Assembly: GCA_963750165.1 (NCBI GenBank) | Contig: CAVVPN010000003.1 | Location: forward strand, 3,104,001-3,168,000 | Direction of reading: 5' to 3' | Length of the DNA stretch: 64,000 nucleotides | From: an uncultured Gemmataceae bacterium | Lineage (GTDB): Bacteria; Planctomycetota; Planctomycetia; Gemmatales; Gemmataceae | Shown: positions 1-12,000 of the stretch, piece by piece | Layout of the letters: every line of letters begins with the position of its first letter | Numbering within the stretch: position 1 is the stretch's first letter | Translations under genes and position numbers: made by a program | Notes under the pieces: generated by a model | Database searches by the model: none | Seen by the model: the letters and a program-made list of their open reading frames with translations, nothing else | What the model was told of the DNA's origin: nothing

Positions 1-56
1 AGGAGCGTGTGCCCAGCCATCGGCAGCTGGCGGTGGCGCGTGCCTGCCGTATCAGG

Positions 57-3000
57 TCAAGTAGCCCCCAGCTCTTCCTTCGCCAGCGCCCACACCTGGT
101 CCGCGAACCGCAGGGGCTCCAAATCGGCTGGGGCGTAGCTCTCGGCGCTGGCCACGTCATCGCCCAGGCCGAGCGCACCCTGGTCGCCGTACCGCCGCCA
201 GAATTCGTCAAGAGCGACGAGCCCGGTGGGGTTGTCGGTCACTGGTAGGCCTGTGGCGCCTGGGAGAGTGAGGGTTCCCACGGTGCCGGTCGGGACGCCT
301 GGGTTGGCCGCGGGCAGGGCGTTGGCTGGCGGTTGGATCGGTTGGACAGCGCTGCTCACCCCCGAGACGAACACCGGGCTGAGCGTGACCGGGCTTTTCC
401 CAGCGGGGACTGCGGGCGGGGTCGGGAGGTTTTTGGCTGCGCTGCTGGGGCCGACGACGGTGAAGTAGTTGTCCACGCCAGCGACGAAGGACGACACGGT
501 GCCGTTGCTGATCGGTAGGGTGCTGGGGTTGTGCGGGGCTGGGCTGAGCGTCAGCGGGCCGTCAGCGTTGTACGCCCCAGTGGTGGTCGCGCCGTTGTTG
601 GCGGCCAGCTTGAGTGGCGACGGGCCGGCCGGGGCCCTGGCGTTAACGGTGAAGTCGATGAGCAGCACGGCACCGTCGGTGCCGAAGGCAGCCTGCACCG
701 GGCTGGCGGTGAACTCGGTGACGCGGATGATGCCATGCACGGCGTCGATGTTGCTGACCACGAGGTAGCCCGGCAGCAGGCTACCCGCGCGGAGGTTGGC
801 GACGGTGAATTTGCTCGGATCGAACTCGATGACCGAGTCGATGGCATCCACCTCGACCCCTGACGACGCGGTGACGTTGAGCCGTTCCTGGACGGTGACG
901 GTCTGGCCGGCGCTGCCGCTGGCGGCGGCGAGGTAGAGGCGGGGGTCGGGGCCGGTGGGCCCCATGATGGTGATGCCGGAGGGCGGCTGCGGGATGGCAC
1001 TCGGGAAGGAGCCGACGACGGCGCGGGAGACATCGGTGGCGTCCAGGCCGGTAACGGCCAGGGTGGAACTGCCGCTGACGCCGCCGATGAGGAAGGGGTC
1101 GAGGTCTTTGAAGGGGCTGAAGCCGGTGCCGGCGCCGACAGCGACGCGCGAGATCAGGGTGGCGTCCAGGCCGGTGTAGTGCCCGTCGGCATGGACGTCG
1201 CCGGGGTAGGCGTTGACATCCACGGCGGCGTCGCCCTGGGCAGCGGCGGTGTTGATGACCACGTTCTGAGTGGCGAGCAGGGCCTTGTCGGTGTAGGGGG
1301 CGTTCTGGGGCACGGTGGCGGTGAGGGTGAGCAGGGTGCCGGTGCCGCCCGTGGGGTTCCAGTGGCCGCCGCCCGTGCCGCCAACGATGGTGAAGGTGAT
1401 CTGCATGTGGTGGGCGTCGATGCTGGTGAACGTAATCGGGTTGAGGACGAGGTTGCCGTTGGTGGCGGCGTCGGTCGAGAGGGCGGCCGCCGTCACGCTG
1501 AGGAGGGTCGGGTCGTAGGTCAGGGTGAAGGAGGCGGACGCGACGGCGGTGGTGATGCCGCTCACCGAGATGGGCAGGCCGGTGCTGTTGTTGGGCACGT
1601 TCACTGTCTCGCCGGGGCCGCGGGCGACGTTGGCCGCCGTGACCAGCGGCGTGACCGGGGCGGCGGTGAGGGCCTGGCTGTAGTTGGCGGTGAGGGTGGC
1701 GCCGCCAACGGCCTTGACGGCGGTGGTGACGGCGACGGTGTAGCTGCCGGCGGCGAACTGGCCGGCCGTGGCGACGAAGGTGGCGACGTTGGGGTTGGTG
1801 GCGTCGATGACCAGCGAACCCTTGATGTTGCCGCTCGGGCCGGTGACGGTGACATCCGGCGCCACCGCCGTGGTGCCGGGGCTGTAGTACAGTTGCGTCG
1901 TGGTGGGGTCGATGGGGCCGTCGAAGACCAACCGGATGGCGTTGCCCGAGAGCGTGGCCGAGTCCACCTGGAAGGTGCTGACGACACTCTGGCTGACCTG
2001 GGGAGAAGTGCTGGGGGCGAAGTTCCCCTGGGTGGCGAAGGTGGCGGTGATGGGGTGCGCGCCGACAGCGAAGTTCGCGACGGTAATGGTGGCGTTGCCG
2101 TTGGCGTCCAGGGTGCCAGTGGCGCCGGTGATGGCGACGTTGTTGTCCGACAGGGACACCGTGTCGCCGGCGACCGAGCCGCTGGCGGGGGTGACGTGGA
2201 CCAGGAACGCGACCGGCTGGATGGTGCCGCCGAAGTTCAGCGACGGGCTCGGGCCCAGGTCGGTGAGGGTGGTGGTCGTCATGATGGTGCTGGAGTTGAC
2301 GGTGAGCAGGGCGGCGTTGGAGGTGGCACTGCCGACGGTGTTGGTGAAGGTGACCTCGTAGAGGTTGCCGCTCATGTCCGTGGTGACGTTGCTCAGCGTC
2401 AGGGTGGCGGAGGTGGCGCCGCTAACGGGGGTGTAGCTGGTGCCGCCATTGGTGCTCACGAACCACTGCGCCATGGGGATCGGGAAGCCGCTGGCGACCG
2501 CGGTGAAGGTGGCGCTGCTGCCGGAGTTGACCGTCTGGTCGGTCGGCTGCATGGTCACGGCCGGGGCCTGGTTGACCGTGAGCGTGACCGCCGTCGAGGT
2601 GCTGGTGTTGAAATCGGCGGGGCTGGACCCGTCGCCCTCGTACATCGCCGTGATACTGTGCGTGCCGGGGGTGAGAGTCGTTGTGGTGAAGGTCGCCATC
2701 CCGTTGGCGTCGAGCGTCGCCGGGGTCGTGTTCAGCAGGGTGGTCCCGTCGTAGAAGTTCACGGTGCCCCCGGGGAAGCCGACGCCGGTGCCGGTGGGGA
2801 GGCTGACAGTCGCCGTCAGCGTCTCGGTCTGGCCCGCCAGGACCGGGTTGGGGCTGGCAACCACGGCGGTGGCGGTGTTGACGTTGTTGGTCAGCGTCAG
2901 CGTCACGCTGTCGCCGCCGTTGGCGAGGTAGCTGACCGTGAAGGGCAGGCCGCCGATCACCGCCACGGACCCTTCCGGCAGCCCCGCGAATGTGCCGCTG

Positions 3001-6000
3001 ATCGGGCTCGATGCGTTCATGATCGTGAAGACCGTGCCGACCGGCGCGTTGAACCCAGTCCCGAGGGTGCCGGTCAGCGTCGGCGCCCCCATCAGGTTGA
3101 TGGTGCCGTTAACGTTCAACTCATTGGAGCCGGTCGAAGTCAGGTCGGCGAAGAAGGTGCCGCCAGCGCTCATGTCCACAGTACCGGTGGTCAGGATGCC
3201 CGTGGGCGAGTCGGTGCTGCCGGGACTGATGACGCCGCCGGTCTGGGTAGTGACCGGGTAGCTGTTGTACGTCGCGCCGGTGCCGGCGAGCACGCCGGTG
3301 GCGCCGATCAACAGACCGGGGTTGCCGGCGACGTAGAGCGACTCATTGTCGTACAGGGTCAAGGTGGTGTTCAACGTGGCATTGTTGCCGCTGGCGTAGA
3401 TATTGATGCCTGCCGTGAGGCTGTTGCCGAGAGTTGCTCCGGCAGCGATGGTCACCCCGCCGGCGCCGATGAGGATGATGGACCCGCCCGAGGCGACGTT
3501 GACGCCGGCCACGGTCAACAGGCCGGTAACTGTCGAGAGCGAAATGCCACCAATGCTGGTGCCGGACACCGCGGTGGTCGAGGCGGTGAACGTGGCCGGG
3601 CCCTGGTTGGTGACGGAGATGGTGCCGCCCGTCGCCGACGCCTCGTTGGTCGAAATCGCGTTCACGGTCCCGGCGTTCGTCTGGATCGATCCCGTACTGC
3701 CGATGTTCCCTTCCGTCGCCACGCCCAGGCTCGCCGCCTCCAGCGTGATCGTCCCAGTCGCTCCCGCATCAAGGATCGTGCCGGACATTTGCGTGATGGA
3801 ACCGCTGCGGGCCGGGTTCGTCGGGTTGGTCACGTCCGTCACGGGCGGATTCTGGACCGGTTCCTGGCTGGCGTCGAACGCCGCGTACAACTGGATCCCG
3901 CCGCCGTTGCCGACCGTGATGTTTCCAGCCTGAATGCCGCCGCCGGTCGTGGTCGGATAGGCATGCACCACCACCGCGTTGGCGGCCGTGCTGGTGGTCG
4001 TGATCGACGAACCCGAGTTCATCTGCAGATACTGACCGCCCGCCAGGTCCATGTTCGCGTGGATCAGCACGTTGCCGCTGAACTGCTGGGTGTTCATGGT
4101 GCCGCCGATCACAGCGCTGCCGTTCATGACCAAATTGTCGTCCGAGTCCAGCTGGATGTTGCCGCTCTGCGTCCACACTGGCCCGTTAATGATCAGACCG
4201 TGGTTGCCCTCGTTCGTGGTCTGAATCCAGATGTTGCCCGCGCCCGCGGCAATCGCCTGGGTGACGACCTGGAAATAGCCCGTGCCCGAGGCGAAGGTAA
4301 TGCCGTTGCCGAAGGACAGCACGTAGATGCCGCCCGAGCCCGCCACGAAACTCCCGGCAGAGGCGTTGTTGGTGGTGTTGACGATGAGCGGCTGGAGCTG
4401 GCTGGCGCCGATGCTGCCGGCGCCCGAGGTGTTGAACACCGTATTGAAGGCGGTGATGGCCCAGGTGGGGCTGGCGGCGGCGGTGTGGTTGGGGAAGGTG
4501 AACGCGGTGTTGTCGATGATCGAGCCGCCGTTGGCGTTCACGGTGTAGGTGCCGGCCGTGGCCGTGCCGACGATGGCCCCGCCCAGGACCGCGTCGCCGC
4601 TGCCGCCCATCGCGGTGTTGACGTTGATGACGATGCCGGTCGCCGACGTGTTGGTGGTCCGCAGGGTGGCCGTGGTCGCCTGGGTGTAGCCGCCGGAGCC
4701 GGAGCCCAGGGTGTTAGCGCTGATGGCAATCGTCCCCTCGTCGGTACTCGAACCGACGTTGGCGTTCACCGCCACCGCGCCGCCACTCGAAAGCGCAATG
4801 TTGCCGAACAACGCCGTGGTCGCGCCGGCGATGGTCAGTGTACCGGCGGCGGTGCTGGCCGTGACATTCCCGAACCCCCCCGCGGCCGCCGTCAACGTCA
4901 GGTCGGAGCCCTGGTTGTTGACGATGATGTTGCCGTCCGTCGTGGTGGCCGTCACGGTCAGGCTGCCGGTCAGGTTGGTCAACACGATGTCGTTCAGACC
5001 GTACGTGGACGAGGTGATGGTCCCACCCGCCGCCTCGGTCAGGTAGACTGGGCCCACGGTGGCGGTGGCGATGGTCGTGCCGGCCGTCAACACGTTGTTG
5101 GCCGGGGTGCCGATGCCGCCCTCCGCGCCCAGGTTCAAAGTCGTCCCGGCGAGCTGGCTCCCCGCCGTCGCGGTGATCGTGCCCGGCAGGTTCGTGGTAA
5201 TCGTGGTGGCGCTCAAGGTATTCTGCACCGCCAGCGTCGCAAAGCCCAGAATCGTGAAGTTGCCGGTGGTCGTCGTCGCCCCGGCAATCGCCAGGCTGCC
5301 CGTGCCGTCCACCGTGACATTGGCGGACCCGGCGTCCAGGCTGGTGATCTGGTCGGTGCCGTCGCCCAGGTTCAACAGGAAGCTCGTGACGCCGGCGGTC
5401 GGGCCGGTGACCGAGCCGTCGCCGTTGACACTCCAGCCGGCGCTGATGGCGTTGCTTGTCAGGGTGATGGCCCCGGCCGAGTCGGCCACCGTGTAAGCGC
5501 CGGCGGTGTTGCTCACCGTCAGCCCGTCATTGGCGCCGCCGAGGGCGCTGAAGGTGACCCCGCCCGCCGTGACATCGAGCGTCGGGCTGGTGCCGTTGGT
5601 CACGCTCGCCAGGGTCAGCACGACGCTGTTGGCCATGATGCTGACGGTGAAGATGTCCTGGGGATTGTTGGCCGCCACAATCGTCGCGCCATTGGCGAAC
5701 GCCCCGCTGAGGGCACCCGTTGAGGTGAGGATCGTGAACGTGCTCCCCTGCGTCAGGCCGCTGCCGGCGTTGACGACCAGGTTGCCGTTATTCAGGTTCG
5801 CCGTGCCGGTGACCTGCAACTGGTCGTAACCGGTCCCGGCGGTGGTGCCGTTGATATCGACGTCGAAGACGCCGCCGGCGCCGAAGGTCAGGGCGCCGGT
5901 CTTGAACACCGAGGTCGCGCCGACGCCTCCCGGGGCAAGCACGCCGCTGACCGAGACGGCGCCCGTGAAGATCCCGGTGCCGCCGAGCAGGCCGAGGGCG

Positions 6001-9000
6001 CCGACCGTTACCGGGCCGGTGCCCAGGCCGGAACCGCTGGTGTTATTGACGAGCAGCGTACCACCCTGGACCGTCGTGCCAGCAGTGTAGGTATTCACGC
6101 CGGTGAGCGTTTGCGTGCCGGTCCCCGTCTTGGTAAGGCTCAGGAGGTCGATGCCGGAACCGGCGTTCGCGATGATCGTGCCGCTGTAGTTGCCGCTGGC
6201 GTCGCCGGCGCCGATGACCAGGTTAAAAGTGGCGGTGTTCGCGCCGTAGAACGGTTGGATCACGCCCGCGCCGGCCACCTGGCTGACCAGGGCGTTGACG
6301 GTCTCCGTATCGGCGCCGGTGGGGGCGAATTCGAGCGTCGAAGTCGCGTTGGCGAAGTTGACGGTCGCCCCGTCCGGAATCGCGGTGTTTCCATCCGCGG
6401 TCGCAATTTCGACCTCGACGGGCGAACCCGCCCCGATGGTCAGGCTGCCGGCATAGTTGTTGACCGGATAGGCGGTCGAGGACCGGACCAAGGACACCCG
6501 GCTGGATCCGTTGACGGTCGTAGTCGTGATGCCGCCAGGCCCGGTGATGAATCCGGTGAAGCCGGTAATCAGGGTGTTCCCGCCCTGGAAGGTGACGCTG
6601 CGGCCCAGCGTGATGTTGCTGTTGAAGTAGGAAACGTTTTGCCCGTTCGTGTAGAACGTTCCGATGGTGACGGTGCCGGTGCCGTTATTGGTGACCGTGA
6701 TGGGGTTGGACAAGTTGACGTTGTTGGTCAGCAGGAGCCCGATCGGGATGCTGCCCGAATTGGCGTCCGCAAGGGTGATGGAGCCGGTGCCCCAGCCGTT
6801 GGGGTTGCCCGTTTCCAGCGTCCCCTGGCTGACGATGGTGCCGCCGGAATAGGTGTTGGGCGTGGCCGAGGTGACCCCGTTCATCTGGAAGGTGCCCGCG
6901 CCGGTCTTGAGCAGGGCGAGGGTTCCGGTGCCGCCGTCGCTGAACAGGCCCGCGGAGGTGGTGCTCGTGCCGTCGCCGCCGACGGTCAGGACGGCGTTGG
7001 TCGTCCCTCCGTTGCTGACGTTGCCGCTGCCGGCGATGGAACCGAGGCTAAGGTTGAAACCTTCCAGGGCCAGCGAAGCGCCGTTGTTGAGAGTCGTCGT
7101 CGAATTGACGCCCAGGGCGGTCGTCGAACCGGCCTGCAGCGCGACTCCGTTGTCGGTCGTGCTGCCGCTATAGTTGCTGGCGCCGGCAAAAATCAGCGTT
7201 CCCGATCCCGAAATATTCAGGCTCAGGGCGCCTCCGGCGGCCCCGTTGTTGAACACGCCGGTAAACGTGTTGGGGCCCGAATTGGGGAAGCTCAACGTCG
7301 CGGGCGTGGTGCTGTTATTTTCAATCGTTCCTGAGTTCGACACCTGGGTGAACGTCTGGCTGTAGCCATCGAGCTGGAAATCTGCCCCGGATGCAACGGT
7401 CAGGCTGCCGGTGCCGCCGGCCGAGGTCGAACCGGAATCGATGGCCCCGGCGCTGACGGTAAGGCCGCCGCTGAAGGAGTTGGCGCCGCCGAGCGTGAAG
7501 ACTCCGGTGCCGGTCTGGGTCAGTGAGCCGGGCCCGATAATCGAGCTGCTGAAGGTCGTGGTCATGTTGTCGGCCCCCACGGTCAGGTTGCCGAGGAGAT
7601 CTACCACATTGTTGCTGACGGTGTCGGCCAGCGAGTTGAAGCTGGTCGAACCGACCTGGATCTGGACGGTTTCGGGCTGATTGACGACGACATCCTCGTT
7701 GTAGGTGCCGGCGTCCACGACAATGTTGGAGAAGGCGGGGACAACGGCCAGACAGGAACCCATGGTGCTAAACGTGGTAACGCCGTAGCCGGGCGTGCTG
7801 GAGTTAAAAGTTGTGTCCACGGTGTAGGTGCTGCCCGATTGTCGGGTTAGCGTCACGTCGTACCCGACGATGCCGCCCACGTAGCTGATCGTGAAGTTCA
7901 CCGCGCTCGAGCCGGTGCCCACGGTGATGGTCGAACCCTCGGTGAGGCTGGTGTAGCTGACGTTGGTGCCGGTGACGCTCGCGAAGTTGCCGTTGATGGG
8001 GCTATTGCCGTGAATGATCGACAGCGAGATGCCGGGATTGACGTTGTTCACGTTGACGTTGGCGAGATTCAGGACCGCGTTGGTCAGATCGACCGGTCCC
8101 GTGGAGATGATCTGGTCATAGCCCGTCGCGACCCCGGGAGAATTGCCGAGGAGATCGACGCTGAGAATGCCGCCGGTGCCGAAGGAGAGGCCGGCGGTCG
8201 TGATGGAGCCACCGACGTCATAGCCGCCCGGAACGAGTGTGCCGTTGACCACGACGGCGCCGCCAAGCGTCATCGCCGCCCCGCTCCCGCTGATGAGGGT
8301 CGCGCCGCTCGCGATGTTATCATTGCCAGTGCCGCTCGCGGTAAAACTGCCCGACGCATTCAGCGTGCTGCTGCCGTTGACATTGACGGTGCCGGTGATC
8401 GAGGTCGTGCCGCTGAGCGTCAAGCTTCCCGTGCCATTCAGGACGAGGCTGATGGCGCCGCTCGTCCCGGAGGCCGTCGTCACCCCGTCCGTTTGGGTCT
8501 GGACGATCGACCCGGCGAAGGTATCGGCTGTCGTCGAGGTAATCGTCAGCGTGGCCGGATTGACGCTCGTGTAGCCGGGAGAGTTGGCAATTAGCGACGT
8601 TCCCGCGCCTGACGAATTCAGGTCGCCGATGTTGGCACTGATGCCGTCCAGGTAGAACCGGGCATTGTTGCCGGACGCCGGACTGAGCGTCAGGTTGTTG
8701 CCGGGCAGAGAGCCGGTGGCGGAGAAGTAGAGCGAGCCGCGCTGGATCTGAATGGGACCCGTAAAGGTGTTCGCCCCGTTGTCGAGGTAGAACGGCATCT
8801 CCATCCAGTTGCTGCCGCTCGAGGGATTGTAATTGTCCTCGCCGAGCAGAATCAGACTTGCCCCGGCCGACCCGGAGATCACCCCGGTGAACGCCGAATC
8901 GGCATACTGACCGTATGAGGGCACGCTGTTGTGCTCGGTCAGGCCCTCGACATAGCGGGGGGAGCTGCCGAGGTTGATCGCCGCGGAGATGTTGTCGCCG

Positions 9001-12000
9001 TCGTCGGCGTTGGAATTGACGACGCTGCCGACGTTGAAGTAAATGTCCGGGTTGGTGGCGTTGTCGGTCGTGGAAACCAAATTGATGGTCCCCGCTCCGG
9101 AGATGGCGGAGAATTGTGCCGTGGTGGTCGCAATCGTTTCGATCGTGCCGGAGGAGTTCAGGAAGGTGCCGGCGTTGAGCGTCATGAGGTGCGAGGAAGA
9201 CGAACTCCTGGTCAACTTGATGTTGGCAACGCCGAGGGTGCCGCCATTCACGGTGATGCCTGCGGCTCCGGCGGTGAAGTTGGTGTCAAGGGCGTCGTTG
9301 GTGGAGAAGTTGAGCGTGCCCGCGCCGTTTTTGGCGAAGGCGAAGCCGGCGCTGTAGACCGATCCCGAGTCGTTCACGGTGCTGCCCGGATCGGTCACTT
9401 CGAAAATGGCGCCGCCACTATTATTGACGAGAAAGCTGCGGTCCGTGGTGGCAGTCGAGCCCACCGCAGCATATTGGAAGTCAGCGCCATTTTGGATGAG
9501 CAAATTGGTGTCGGCGCTCGTCGAAGCGCCGATGCTGCTCGGCTGGCCGCCGAGGGCCAGGGCCATCACGGCGAGCGTGCCGGCCGATACGGTGGTCACG
9601 CCCGTGTAGGTGCTCGCGGTGCCGCTGAGGGTGAAGGTGCCTGTACCGGTTTTCAAAAGACTGAGCTTGCCGGTGCCGGTGCCGTTTTGCAGGACGCCGC
9701 CGAAAGTGCTGGTGCCGTTGAACGTGCCGACCGTGAGCGTGATGTTCGTCGAGGATGCGTCTTCCACCGTCCCGTCACCGCTGAGGCCGACGAGCGACTC
9801 CGTTTTGCCGTTGAGGGTGAGCGTGCCCGGCGCGTTCACCGTGACGGAGTAGTCGGTGGCGAAGGTGTTGTTGCTCGGCAGGGCGCCGGCGGCGCCCAGG
9901 AGCAGATCGCCGCCGCTGACAACGGTGCCGCCGGTGTAGGAGTTGGAAGCGTTGTTGAGCGTGAAGACGCCCGTCCCTGTTTTCACCAGCTGACCGGCAC
10001 CGGCGATGACGCTGCTGAAGCTGGTCGAGGTGTTATCCGACCCGGTCGTGAGCATCGACCCCGCGTTGAGCACCACCGCCGCGTTCGTGACGGTGTCGGC
10101 CAGGCTGTTGATGTTGACCGCGCCGGTGAACTCCAGCGTGAGCTGTTCGTTAATCACCACGGCTTCGTTGTAGGTGCCGGGGTCAACCGAGATGACCGTG
10201 TCCGGCGCGGCCGGTGCGGCCGCGATGGCGCTGCCGATGGTGGCGAAGGCGGTCACGCCCCAGCCCGGCGTGCTGCTGTCGTAGGATGTGTCCACCGTGT
10301 ACGTGGTGCTGGCCTGGCGGGTCAAGGTGACGTCGTTGCCGTCGCCGCCGACGTAGCTGACCGTGTAGTTGATGCCGCCCAGAGTGATCGTGGACCCTTC
10401 CGGCTGATTGAGGAAGGGGTTCGTGACTGCACTCGTGCCGTTATTCTTGATGATGAGCAACGGCACGCTGGCGTTGATGTTGGCCAGGTTCTGGCTGGCG
10501 AGCCCCAGCGAGCCGTTCGCCAGGTTGACGGTGCCCGCGACAGTCACCTGGTCGTAAGTGGTGGGAGCAACGGCGGCCACGCCGTTGAGCGTCAGATTGT
10601 AGACGCCGCCGCTGCCGAACGCCAGGCTGCCCAGGTTCAACACCCCCGGGTTGGTGCCATTGCCCGGGCTCAGCGTGCCTGTCACGGTCGTCGTGGCGGC
10701 AGAGTTGATGGTGCCGTTGGTCCCCGCCAGAGTCGCCCCGCTGGCGACGGCGACCGAGGTGGTGGCGCTCAGGGTGCCGTTCAAGTACAACGTGCCGCCG
10801 CTGATCACCGTGGCGCCGGTGTAAGTGCTGGTGGCGGTCAGCGTCAGACTGCCGGTGCCCACCTCCGTGAACGGGCCAGTGTTCGAGATGACGCCCGACA
10901 GCGTGTCGTTAAAGCCCGAGGGGTCCACGGTATCGTTGCCATCGCCGCTGATGGTCTGAATCGGGTTGGGGAAGGTGATGCCGGAGGCCGCGAAGCGGAG
11001 GTCGCCCAGGGTGGAGTTGACCGTGGCCCGCAACAGGAACGGATTCGAGGAACTGCCGATGCTGGTCGCGCTGGTGACGATGAACGAGCTGCGGTACAGG
11101 ATCACGTCTTTCATGGCGGCAAACGTATTGGTGCCGGTGAACTGGTAGGTGGACGTCACATCCCCGGCGACGGTGTTGAACAGCTCCAGCCCGAGGTTAG
11201 TACCCCCCCCGCTGATCACGCCGGAAAGCGTCACCGCGGAGCCATTGCCGCCGAGGGATTGAATCGTGAAGTAATCGGCCGCCGTCGGCGCGGGCAGGGC
11301 GATGGCGTTTGCCACGGTGATGGTGGGCGAATTGATGTTAATGTACAGGAACGGCGAGGGGGAACTGGTGCCTCCCGTGGTGGTGTTAAAGGGCGCCGTG
11401 GTGGCAACGGTGAGCTTTCCGGTACCCAGTCCGGTGGCGTTGCCGATGGTGATTTCGCCGGCATTCTGGTTCACGCCGCCGGTAAAGGTGTTGGCGCCGC
11501 TCAGGGTCAGGTTGGCAGCCCCGGCCTTGGTCAACGCCACCGAGCCGGAGATCATACCGGAAATCGTCATGGCGACCGTGGTGTTCACGGTCGCCGCAGT
11601 TCCCAGCGCGATGTTCGCGCTGATCACGTCGGCGCCGCCGGTGGTTTTGTTGATCGCCGCCGCCGTGGGGTCGTTGAGCGTGAGCGAGCCGCCGTTGCCC
11701 GCCACCGTGAAGGTACTGGTGCCGCTCGAGGCGCCGAGGTTCAGGGTGCCGACCGTGATCGCCTGGTTCAGGTTGATCGTCTCGCTGCCGACGATGGCGT
11801 TGTTCAGATTCGCCACGTCGCCGACGGCGTTCGGGAAACCGGTGTTGGGGGACCAGTTCGCCGGGTTATTCCAGTCGAAGGCGCCGGCAGCCGTCGGCAC
11901 CCAGGTGTAGGCCGTCGGCACTTCGCGGACTTCCAGCTGCTCCAGGTACAGTTTCCGCTTGCCTCCCGTTTCTGGCCTGTTCTTTGCGCTCCGGAAGAGC

